A stretch of 30,276 nt of DNA from a virus. The notes beneath the pieces are model-generated. The model did no database searches. It had not been told where the DNA came from and saw nothing but the letters and a program-made list of their open reading frames with translations. This document shows positions 9,688 to 17,178 of the stretch, in pieces (position 1 is the first letter of the stretch; each line of letters starts with the position of its first letter). A program made the position numbers and the translations under genes. The stretch lies in the IMG/VR virus record IMGVR_UViG_3300017731_000022; one strand, 5' to 3'.

Positions 9688-10151
9688 ATTGTAATATCAT
9701 TATGAATTAAAACATCCATTGTTGCAGCAAAGCCAGCAAGTCTATTATCAAACCTTTCATAAAAAGGTTCTAATGTTGCGTCTCCTTGTAATTGGAATTT
9801 ATCACTATATAATGTACCTCTACGTAATACCATTACTAATTTATTTAATACTGCTAATTGTGTATTAAGTACATCTTGCTCATTATTATTACCTACAAAT
9901 ATATCTGTTGTTTCATTTTTACTTTCATCTACAATATCCATAGCCATAACAGTTATGTTAAATAACAATACTTGTTCTTGTGTAGTAACATTGTTAATTA
10001 TAATATGACATAAAGGAAATATACTTTGCTTAGATAAGTCTATGTCAAATATATCTCCTGTTGTAACTGTATTTACATTAACATCACTTAAGAGTTGTGT
10101 CTTAATCGTTTCTGTTAATTGGTAAAATCCTCTTATCCCTGTTTGGCTCAT
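9681..10151 (-). CDS. Neck/tail-completion type protein, hypothetical
   Basis: The 156-aa ORF has an ATG start and overlaps the next gene by 7 nt. The assignment rests on position only. Confidence 0.3.
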   Translation of the reverse strand: MSQTGIRGFYQLTETIKTQLLSDVNVNTVTTGDIFDIDLSKQSIFPLCHIIINNVTTQEQVLLFNITVMAMDIVDESKNETTDIFVGNNNEQDVLNTQLAVLNKLVMVLRRGTLYSDKFQLQGDATLEPFYERFDNRLAGFAATMDVLIHNDITIC

Positions 10152-10281
10152 TGATTATTGTTTTAATTATAATTGCTAAAAAAACTACTGATATACCTAT
10201 ATGACATTCGCATAGTCCTAATAAGTGTTGTATCATTTAAACTTGTTTTTTATTCTTGCTGATTCTATTTCGTTTTTCTCT

Positions 10282-10294
10282 TTTGTATATTCTA
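10282..10294 (+). promoter_or_regulatory. Plus-strand (inverted-orientation) copy of the TTTGTATATT motif
   Basis: The plus strand reads TTTGTATATTCTA inside the 167-bp non-coding gap 10152..10318. It points antisense into gene 10319..10975. Confidence 0.3.
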
Positions 10295-10318
10295 AATACG
10301 TTAAACATTGATGCACAT

Positions 10319-10975
10319 TTAGTTTAGTGATATTTTCAAATTTTGTAATATCTCCGTTAGCGATTCCATAGAGTGCGTTAAACCATCCCCATTTGGCTGA
10401 GAAAGCAGATGCTGTGCTAAAGCTATCTCGTTCTTCTTGCCCAAAGAGTTCATCATAACTATAGATAAGTCCTTGCCTAAATTGTAAAAAAAAACAATGG
10501 CACCTAAAACTACATCTAATGGAAACTCTTTAGCAATATCACTTGTGTCTGGATTATATTCTTTTATTTTATATCTATTACCTCTTCTATGTTCTATTGG
10601 TCTAAATAATACATTTATTGCTCTATGCAAATTATCATTATCTCCTATGAATGAATCTAAGTCCATATATTCTCCAAATGACATATCATCTAATTCTGGT
10701 ATAAAACCATAATCAATTCCATTATGTGTAAACCTATTTATAAGCTGGTGTTGTGAATCAAACATAGTATTTATTATCTCACAAATTTCTGCTATGTCTG
10801 TAGCTTTCATATTTCTAACTACAATCTCTGGTACATTACAAAATATCTCTACTATCTTTAATTGTATAGACGCATCATTAGTTTCATCTAACTTGCTTTC
10901 TAACTTTGCAAACTCTTGATATTGTGCTAAAGTAACATCATTTAAACTTGTTGGGATTCTTAGATTAACTTTCAT
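10319..10975 (-). CDS. Hypothetical protein downstream of terL
   Basis: The ORF is 218 aa with an ATG start. I do not recognise a family. Confidence 0.5.
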   Translation of the reverse strand: MKVNLRIPTSLNDVTLAQYQEFAKLESKLDETNDASIQLKIVEIFCNVPEIVVRNMKATDIAEICEIINTMFDSQHQLINRFTHNGIDYGFIPELDDMSFGEYMDLDSFIGDNDNLHRAINVLFRPIEHRRGNRYKIKEYNPDTSDIAKEFPLDVVLGAIVFFYNLGKDLSIVMMNSLGKKNEIALAQHLLSQPNGDGLTHSMESLTEILQNLKISLN

Positions 10976-10988
10976 AATTATATATAAA
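10976..10988 (-). promoter_or_regulatory. Start-abutting motif variant TTTATATATAATT directly 5' of the ATG
   Basis: The minus strand reads TTTATATATAATT-ATG, 23 nt after the terL stop. Confidence 0.3.
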
Positions 10989-11011
10989 CATTTTTTAATT
11001 ATTTTTTGAGA

Positions 11012-12178
11012 TTAGTAAACTGCATACCTACCAAAGTTTGGTCTACTCATTATTGAATAAGTTGCGTATCTTACAGCATCTATAATATGGTTGTTTTTAT
11101 CTACTGGCTTATTAGTTAACTTACCTGTTTTATCTTCTAACCATTTATAGTTTCTAAATTCTCTTATAGCATTATCACTACTACTTGTTATATGTATTCT
11201 ATATCTTTTCAATAAGTCAATACCTGCATTTATACTATCTCTACCTTTTAAGCTTGGTTGTATATTATGTCCCATTCTCCTAAGTTCATCTATAAGTCTA
11301 GGTTCTGCTGCATCAAAATATATAGGACTTCTTTTGTTTTCTATTACTTCTCTGAAGTGGTCACTTAAATCTCTAGTTGTCATCATTGTACGATATAAGT
11401 GTTCTTGTATGTATAAGTTATGATCTTTCTTATATACACTAACTAATGTGCTAGGGTCATTTGTATAACCTGCATCAGCTCCATAACTAACTAACTCAGC
11501 ATCTTGTGGTATATGTGGTACCTCAACATAAGTAAATATAGTTGCTTTACTTAAGCCTTTCTCACCTAATCCATATATTTGCCAATATTGTTCGTCTGTT
11601 TCTCTTAGTAATTCTATTTCTTTTATTATAGACTTTTCTAAAAATGGATTATCTAAATATGTTGTCTTATAAAATTCTACATCATCTCTAACTAATACTT
11701 TATCGTAGATCCAATGGTATTCATCTGATGGATTGTAGTCTAATATAATTTTTTCTTGTGTTCTAAATACTAATTGTTGCCAATCTTCAAAGTCTAATTC
11801 GTTAGCTTCATTTATAAATAATATATCTCTTTTACGACCTCTAATTTTTTGTGGTTGATCTACACTTATAAACTCGATGAGGTTGTTATTTAATTTGTAT
11901 TCACTATTAGACTTATTGTGGTGTTCTTCTCTATATAAACCATATTGTCTTAATATAGTTATAAAGTCTCTCATTACTGTAGCTCTAACACTTGGGAATG
12001 TTTTTCTACAGATTGTTATAGTTTTATCTTGTTGCTTTAAACAATATTCAAATATAATAAACAATAGTACATTATATGTTTTACCACTACGTGTACCTCC
12101 TTGTTGTACTACTATTTTTTGTTGACTATTAAGTAGATGTTTATAGACAATATTAGTCTGTATCTTTTGTGTTGTCAA
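11012..12178 (-). CDS. terL: Terminase large subunit (PBSX/XtmB-like)
   Basis: The Walker A motif QQGGTRSGKT lies near the N-terminus, and ILFINEANEL resembles a Walker B/coupling motif. A nuclease-like C-terminal half is present. The only canonical start upstream of Walker A is TTG at 12178..12176, immediately after an in-frame TAA. Confidence 0.8.
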   Translation of the reverse strand: MTTQKIQTNIVYKHLLNSQQKIVVQQGGTRSGKTYNVLLFIIFEYCLKQQDKTITICRKTFPSVRATVMRDFITILRQYGLYREEHHNKSNSEYKLNNNLIEFISVDQPQKIRGRKRDILFINEANELDFEDWQQLVFRTQEKIILDYNPSDEYHWIYDKVLVRDDVEFYKTTYLDNPFLEKSIIKEIELLRETDEQYWQIYGLGEKGLSKATIFTYVEVPHIPQDAELVSYGADAGYTNDPSTLVSVYKKDHNLYIQEHLYRTMMTTRDLSDHFREVIENKRSPIYFDAAEPRLIDELRRMGHNIQPSLKGRDSINAGIDLLKRYRIHITSSSDNAIREFRNYKWLEDKTGKLTNKPVDKNNHIIDAVRYATYSIMSRPNFGRYAVY

Positions 12179-12509
12179 TTATCTCTACTTTGAAGTTGTT
12201 AGGTAATCCGTCTGCGCCTGTTATTTCTTGTCTCTCGATGTAACCACGTGACTTTCCCTTAGTTTTTAAGTAGAATATCATTTCACTTGTCTTGCCTTCT
12301 CTGATGTTCTCAAATAACTTTGATTCAACAAAGTCTAATGCTATATTTTGTACGTCTTTTACTTCTGCAGCAAATTCTTTATCATCTTTTAACCAACCAT
12401 AAAATGTTGTTCTACCTACTCCTACTTTTCTACAAGCTTCTGTTACTACACCTAAGGATTTTTCTAAAGCTGCTATTATAGCTTTTTTATGTTGTTCAGT
12501 TTTGTTCAT
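12153..12509 (-). CDS. terS: Terminase small subunit (HTH)
   Basis: The 118-aa ORF has an N-terminal HTH-like segment, LGVVTEACRKVGVGRTTFYGWLKDD. It lies directly upstream of terL and overlaps it. Confidence 0.65.
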   Translation of the reverse strand: MNKTEQHKKAIIAALEKSLGVVTEACRKVGVGRTTFYGWLKDDKEFAAEVKDVQNIALDFVESKLFENIREGKTSEMIFYLKTKGKSRGYIERQEITGADGLPNNFKVEIIDNTKDTD

Positions 12510-12522
12510 ATTAATATATAAA
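12510..12522 (-). promoter_or_regulatory. Start-abutting motif TTTATATATTAAT directly 5' of the terS ATG
   Basis: The minus strand reads TTTATATATTAAT-ATG in the 28-bp gap before terS. Confidence 0.4.
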
Positions 12523-12537
12523 CATTTATAAATAATT

Positions 12538-13068
12538 TTAACTCAACAATGTGTTTTTTACTTTTCTAATTAGTTTAGCACCTGGAACTTTAGCTATTTC
12601 TTTTTGTTTAATCTTATTAGTTAAAGATTTATCATATACTTTTAGTCTAGTATCTATAAAGTCTCTTATACTATCTCTATCCCAGTTTATTATTGTTTTG
12701 TTTATTTCCGTTATGAGGTCTTTGTATTCTTCTGACTTTTGTTTTTCTAAGTTGTCTTGTATACCTTTTATTATTATACGCTTTTTTTGTGCATTGAATT
12801 TTTTAATAAATAAACTATAGTCATCTATTATTTTATCAAATATCATTTTATCTCTATCTTCTATACAATTTATAGTACTAGCATGATATATCGCTAAGTC
12901 ATGATTTGCATTTAATACTGCTGCTACTTTATCATAAGTATAACCTAATTCGTAACCTATCTTACAAAATACTTTTTTAGCATATACTATTTCACGTTTT
13001 CTACTTTTAGTTGCTATATCAAATTGGTAGTAATTATGTAACTCGTCTTTTAATTGTTCTAATGTCAT
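12538..13068 (-). CDS. DnaA C-terminal (domain IV)-like HTH DNA-binding protein
   Basis: KSRKREIVYAKKVFCKIGYELGYTYDKVAAVLNANHDLAIYHASTI matches the pattern of the DnaA domain IV helix-turn-helix (R..iv.aR....yl...l..s...ig......H..v.ha). Confidence 0.5.
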   Translation of the reverse strand: MTLEQLKDELHNYYQFDIATKSRKREIVYAKKVFCKIGYELGYTYDKVAAVLNANHDLAIYHASTINCIEDRDKMIFDKIIDDYSLFIKKFNAQKKRIIIKGIQDNLEKQKSEEYKDLITEINKTIINWDRDSIRDFIDTRLKVYDKSLTNKIKQKEIAKVPGAKLIRKVKNTLLS

Positions 13069-13208
13069 TATCTTGTTATTTTACTATCTATCTTTTCTAT
13101 TAAATATCTTAATTGGCCTTGTTCCCATGTTCCAAGTTTTACGCCATTAATTGTAAATTTATAAAAATCTTTTCTATCTGTTTCTTTTAATTCAATATTT
13201 ATATACAT
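13068..13208 (-). CDS. Small ORF (46 aa), hypothetical; not in the ORF track
   Basis: Hand translation gives MYINIELKETDRKDFYKFTINGVKLGTWEQGQLRYLIEKIDSKITR. It starts 2 nt after the upstream stop, and its TAA overlaps the next ATG (TAATG). Confidence 0.45.
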   Translation of the reverse strand: MYINIELKETDRKDFYKFTINGVKLGTWEQGQLRYLIEKIDSKITR

Positions 13209-13210
13209 AA

Positions 13211-13459
13211 CTATTTATCTTGTTTTTCTCTACTTTTAATTACTCTGCTTTGTTCTTCTCTTAAATACTTTATTTCATGTTGTAAATAATCTAAAGCTTT
13301 TTCTAAATCTTGTATTTCATTACTTTTTAAATACTCATAGCCTTTTTTACCTGCTCTACAAACATATTTAATTATATTTCCTCTATTAAAGTTTAATCTG
13401 TATGCTTGCACAACATCTATTACTTCTATTCCTTGATCTGTTTTATAATGTAAACTCAT
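13211..13459 (-). CDS. DUF3310-like phage protein
   Basis: NFNRGNIIKYVCRAGKKG...QDLEKALDYLQHEI matches my recollection of the DUF3310 pattern (gN.iKY..R...K...DL.KA..Y). Confidence 0.5.
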   Translation of the reverse strand: MSLHYKTDQGIEVIDVVQAYRLNFNRGNIIKYVCRAGKKGYEYLKSNEIQDLEKALDYLQHEIKYLREEQSRVIKSREKQDK

Positions 13460-14172
13460 ATTTTTGTTCTTAGTTTTAATAAATTATAGCATTCTATGTA
13501 TTTCTGTTTTGCTTTACCTTTGTAATGTTGTATAAATAAATTATATAAATTCTTTACGTAACAAAATTTAGTATCGCATGATTTATAAAGTTTTTTAGCA
13601 TAAGCTTTTCCTTTACCTTTAAAATAGTTAACATTGTCAGCTCCATCACCAATAATCATTTGTTCGTAGAAATTATATAATGCTTGCTGTTCTGTTATAT
13701 CATAAACTTCTCTATGTTTAAAATGATAATTATACATTAAACAAGGAAATTGTTTGTAATCTTTATCAATAGAAACTATCATGACTTTATTTCTACCTAC
13801 TTCTTTAGATATATCATACCAATATTTAGCAACTAAATCGTCTGTTTCAATACCGTAAGCAAATAAACCATTATATTCTTTTCTAACAAACTCATGCATT
13901 TGAGATAATAAAGGTGGTATTTCAGTGTCATTTCTATTAGCTTTATATGTTTTAGTTAGTATCTTTCTAAAGTTTCCTTTAGATCCATTAAAAGTATATA
14001 TCTTTTCTATATCGTATAATTCTTCTAAGTCATTAACTATTTTCATATATTGTTGATCAAACTTAGCTATACTGTCTTCTATGTCTCTATAAAACTTATC
14101 ACTACTGCCTTCACTTTTAGCCCTTAAACAAGAAGCATAAACTAAACTATCTGCATCAATTAATAATATCAT
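13456..14172 (-). CDS. 5'-3' exonuclease / flap endonuclease (T4 RNase H-like)
   Basis: The FEN acidic-cluster motifs appear in order: LLIDADSLVY, YKANRN, GIETDDLVA, IVSIDKDYKQ and IGDGADNV. They parallel T4 RNase H (YKKNRG, EADD, SSDGDF, GDKKDNV). Confidence 0.75.
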   Translation of the reverse strand: MILLIDADSLVYASCLRAKSEGSSDKFYRDIEDSIAKFDQQYMKIVNDLEELYDIEKIYTFNGSKGNFRKILTKTYKANRNDTEIPPLLSQMHEFVRKEYNGLFAYGIETDDLVAKYWYDISKEVGRNKVMIVSIDKDYKQFPCLMYNYHFKHREVYDITEQQALYNFYEQMIIGDGADNVNYFKGKGKAYAKKLYKSCDTKFCYVKNLYNLFIQHYKGKAKQKYIECYNLLKLRTKI

Positions 14173-14909
14173 TATTCTTTTACAAACGTTCCATTTTGCA
14201 TTTTACCTTTACGGTTTTTAATTTCATTATAAGCAGAGTGTATGCATTCTTCTATACTCATAGCATTTAAATGTGCTAAGTTAGTTAATACAACAACCAT
14301 ATCTCCAATAGCATCTTCTATTTCTTTTGTATCTTGTTTTAATATTGCTTGTGCTAATTCACCTGCTTCTTCTATTAATTTAACATATTGTGTTTGCGCA
14401 TTACCTTTATCGTATAATCCTCTATCTTTTGCCCAAGTTCTAATATTATCAAATATTTCTAAATTTATTTTTGGTTTATTAATTACATCCCAAAAGTTTT
14501 TTAATGACTGCACATATATATATCTTTCATTATTATGTGCTGACTTAAAATTATTTCTTAAAATATATTCTTTTACTTCATCATTTAACTCTATATTATA
14601 TTCACTATCTAATTCTATATTAGTTGGCCAAGTATAATTATCAAAGCTTTTATTAAATGTCTTTTTAAATGTAACGGTTGTTTTAGTAATATGTATCATA
14701 AAATTATTAATTGTTTGTTTATACGTTCTTATATCATTTTTGTAGCCCAACTTATTTTGCCATTCAAATTCTAATTTAGAAGCTTCATCAATACATTTTG
14801 TTTTAGCTAATATTTTAAAGTCTGAATAACCTTGTTGGACTACGATTCTTTTTGCAGGATTTACAGTACAACCTACTTTTACACCTTCTATATGGTATAT
14901 GTAATACAT
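14172..14909 (-). CDS. mazG: MazG-type all-alpha NTP pyrophosphohydrolase with an N-terminal GIY-YIG/T5orf172-like segment
   Basis: The C-terminus, QYVKLIEEAGELAQAI...EIEDAIGDMVVVLTNLAHLNAMSIEE...NEIKNRKGKMQNGTFVK, carries the MazG EExxE...D signature. The N-terminus, YYIYHIEGVKVGCTVNPAKR, resembles a GIY-YIG superfamily core. Confidence 0.65.
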   Translation of the reverse strand: MYYIYHIEGVKVGCTVNPAKRIVVQQGYSDFKILAKTKCIDEASKLEFEWQNKLGYKNDIRTYKQTINNFMIHITKTTVTFKKTFNKSFDNYTWPTNIELDSEYNIELNDEVKEYILRNNFKSAHNNERYIYVQSLKNFWDVINKPKINLEIFDNIRTWAKDRGLYDKGNAQTQYVKLIEEAGELAQAILKQDTKEIEDAIGDMVVVLTNLAHLNAMSIEECIHSAYNEIKNRKGKMQNGTFVKE

Positions 14910-15151
14910 TAAATTTTTATGTTAGATCTACCACACAAAGGATATAAGTAAGTGTGGTATTTCATACCTTTAGTAATTTTTTTATTTTTAAATATAATGG
15001 TTTCTTTAGCAATATGTTCTTGTTTGCCACAATAACCAATAACTTCTCTATCTGGTTTTTCTATTTTTATAGATCCATAATATTTGTTACCAACATGATA
15101 ATCTACATGGTAACCTAAATGTTCGTATTTAACTCCGTAATATAAATTCAT
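14909..15151 (-). CDS. Hypothetical protein
   Basis: The 80-aa ORF is preceded by motif copy 15175..15187. Its TAA overlaps the next ATG. Confidence 0.5.
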   Translation of the reverse strand: MNLYYGVKYEHLGYHVDYHVGNKYYGSIKIEKPDREVIGYCGKQEHIAKETIIFKNKKITKGMKYHTYLYPLCGRSNIKI

Positions 15152-15174
15152 TGTATTTGTTTTATTGTTATATA

Positions 15175-15187
15175 GCTAATATACAAA
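15175..15187 (-). promoter_or_regulatory. Promoter-like motif TTTGTATATTAGC
   Basis: The minus strand reads TTTGTATATTAGC-TATATAACAATAAAACAAATACA-ATG within the 59-bp gap. The 13-mer is identical at 18385..18397. Confidence 0.5.
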
Positions 15188-15210
15188 TAACTTGTTAATA
15201 AAAAAAATAT

Positions 15211-15852
15211 TTATATGTTTTTATTGTAGTGACGTTCATATATATGTAAGTTATGAGCATAGTGTGTATAAAAACCTTGCTCACTATTTAAACTATTAGC
15301 AACTAATTCATGTAATTTTAAGAAACAATAAGCATCATTACAAAATCCAAACCATAAATCATTGCTTCTCATTAATACTGTCATGTGTAACTTATCTGAA
15401 TCAGGTGTATAATAAAATTGTATTGATAAAGTACAAGGAGTATCTTTAGAATAACCAGTATGTTCTTTACCATCATATATACTTATTACTGCACGTCTAG
15501 AATACTTATCACGTTTTAATTCTTTTATAGCATATTCCAATTGATTGTTTCTACTCCATTGCCAACCATAGTTTGAATTAACATATCCACGTTCATCCAT
15601 GTGGTTATACCAAATCTTAGCTACTTTAGCTATTTCAGTAGCATCACGGTTTTTAGATAAATACCATTCCCATTCTTTTTCTGCATAGTCTAATTTGAAA
15701 CCACGCTTTGGTGTAGTTACTATTTTTTGATTAGTATCTAATATAGTAAATATTTGATTGTATAAAGCTTTAGTACCATTAGCACTAGGTTGTGAATCTA
15801 ACTTTTTATAGTAATATTCAAAAGCTTCTGTTACGGTTTGAAATTGCCACAT
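15211..15852 (-). CDS. Deoxypyrimidylate hydroxymethylase of the ThyA superfamily; closest in motif pattern to T4 gp42 dCMP hydroxymethylase
   Basis: Four motifs parallel T4 gp42 as I remember it. EKEWEWYLSK matches ELEWYKSK, and VNSNYGWQWS matches INSNYGW.IWS. SRRAVISIY...PCTLSIQF carries a candidate catalytic Cys. MRSNDLWFGFCNDAY matches MRSNDVVFGFRNDYA, and the protein ends with HIYERHY. Confidence 0.75.
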   Translation of the reverse strand: MWQFQTVTEAFEYYYKKLDSQPSANGTKALYNQIFTILDTNQKIVTTPKRGFKLDYAEKEWEWYLSKNRDATEIAKVAKIWYNHMDERGYVNSNYGWQWSRNNQLEYAIKELKRDKYSRRAVISIYDGKEHTGYSKDTPCTLSIQFYYTPDSDKLHMTVLMRSNDLWFGFCNDAYCFLKLHELVANSLNSEQGFYTHYAHNLHIYERHYNKNI

Positions 15853-16001
15853 AATATATCTTTTTTTCTTATTGGATAAATATACTTATTATCTTTAAAT
15901 AAATATATATTTGTATTATCATTTAATTTATCTTTCCTTAAATATCTACCTTTTAATTTTGACCCTGCAAATTTAAAATAATAAAGTTTGTTTTGGTTCA
16001 T
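15831..16001 (-). CDS. Possible small ORF (56 aa) bridging the GT and hydroxymethylase genes
   Basis: Hand translation gives MNQNKLYYFKFAGSKLKGRYLRKDKLNDNTNIYLFKDNKYIYPIRKKDILCGNFKP. It covers the 120-nt gap, but it overlaps the GT end by 29 nt and the next gene by 22 nt. Confidence 0.3.
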   Translation of the reverse strand: MNQNKLYYFKFAGSKLKGRYLRKDKLNDNTNIYLFKDNKYIYPIRKKDILCGNFKP

Positions 16002-17178
16002 ACGCTTGTTTTTTCTTGGAAACTGTTTTAGACTTTTCTATTAAATCTTTAAAAGCTATATTTACATCACAATGTGATTTAGCAACATTATAAGCTAAGT
16101 TCCTTTTTTTATTCCTTAATTGTTTGTTATTTGATAATTCAACTATTTGTTCAACAGTTTCTTGATATTTATCTCTTTCATTATATATAAAACAATCTAA
16201 GTCATAAAAACTATCTCCTTGAATATGATAATTATTTTGTGCCCATTGTTTATCTACAACAACAATCATGCCAATGTTTATCATTTCTAAAGTAGAATAT
16301 TCTATAATATTACTATACTCTTCCTTTTTTAAATTAAAAAAATTAGCACCAAACATATTGTTAGATAATAATTCTAAAGTTGGTATTCTATCATAAGGAC
16401 CATAAACATGTAAATGATCTAAGTCTTGGCTATCTATAATACTTTTACTTCTATATTTTATATTACTATGTTCAGGTGATTTTAAATCCTTAGAGTTAGT
16501 AACAAAGAATTTTGTTTTAGCTCCAATAGATTTTTCTATACCTCTTGCTTCACATATTATTTCATGTTTAGATAATAATGGTTGTAAATGAATCATTCTA
16601 TCAGGCTCTTTAAATGTAGCGAATCTACCTAAATAAGACATTTTTTTTCTTTGTTCTTTTTTAATTAAAAAATCTAACTTACTAAAATCATGACCATTAT
16701 TAAAAAATTTAACAGGTGTATTAATACCAATTTCTTTTATTTTTTTATAAAACACAGTTCCTTTACCAAAAGTAAAAGCACAATCCATTTTTTTAACTGT
16801 TTCCCATAAATTGTAATTCCTATTTAAAGAATGTATTTTATGATCATTTTGAAAAATAATTTTAATAGGTTTATCAACACCAACTACAAGTTCATTAAAA
16901 AACTTTTCTTTATATGAATTAGAATTTGATTTACTTGGTAATGATTGGTAAAAAACAATATCACAATTATTTAATTGTTGCTTTATATTATTTATTTTAT
17001 CGTTTTTAAACTCTATTATTTTAGTTTGTTGAGTATTTTTTCTACCCCATTTTTTATCTAATGTAGCATAAGACTTACAGTTATACCCTTGTGATAATAA
17101 ATAATTTTGAAATTCAGTTGCAAATCTAGTAACACCACAACCTTCAATACCTCGTCCTAATAATATACCTATCTTCAT
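15973..17178 (-). CDS. a-gt: DNA alpha-glucosyltransferase-like GT-B glycosyltransferase (T4 AGT homologue)
   Basis: The 401-aa length compares with about 400 aa for T4 AGT. MKIGILLGRGIEGCGVTRF parallels T4 MRICIFMARGLEGCGVTKF, and NNCDIVFYQSLPSKS parallels NDCDILIINSVPATS. IIFQNDHKIHSLNRNYNLWETVKKMD parallels VVYQHDHSVLSLRRNLGLEETVRRAD, and IEYSTLEMINIGMIVVV parallels LEYTHLELGACGTIPVF. The T4 sequence is from memory. Confidence 0.7.
   Translation of the reverse strand: MKIGILLGRGIEGCGVTRFATEFQNYLLSQGYNCKSYATLDKKWGRKNTQQTKIIEFKNDKINNIKQQLNNCDIVFYQSLPSKSNSNSYKEKFFNELVVGVDKPIKIIFQNDHKIHSLNRNYNLWETVKKMDCAFTFGKGTVFYKKIKEIGINTPVKFFNNGHDFSKLDFLIKKEQRKKMSYLGRFATFKEPDRMIHLQPLLSKHEIICEARGIEKSIGAKTKFFVTNSKDLKSPEHSNIKYRSKSIIDSQDLDHLHVYGPYDRIPTLELLSNNMFGANFFNLKKEEYSNIIEYSTLEMINIGMIVVVDKQWAQNNYHIQGDSFYDLDCFIYNERDKYQETVEQIVELSNNKQLRNKKRNLAYNVAKSHCDVNIAFKDLIEKSKTVSKKKQAYEPKQTLLF

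Noticed and set aside
10152-10318. Small minus-strand ORFs in the 167-bp gap (about 23 aa MFNVFRIYKREKRNRISKNKKQV and about 44 aa MIQHLLGLCECHIGISVVFLAIIIKTIINEPNR...).
   Set aside because: They are very short and not coupled to their neighbours. The second runs out of frame into the next gene. There is no supporting motif, so the evidence is too weak to call.
12153-12178. A programmed frameshift fusing TerS to TerL.
   Set aside because: Moving from the terS frame to the terL frame would need a +1 shift. I see no convincing slippery or pause sequence, and a TTG start right after the stop is simpler.
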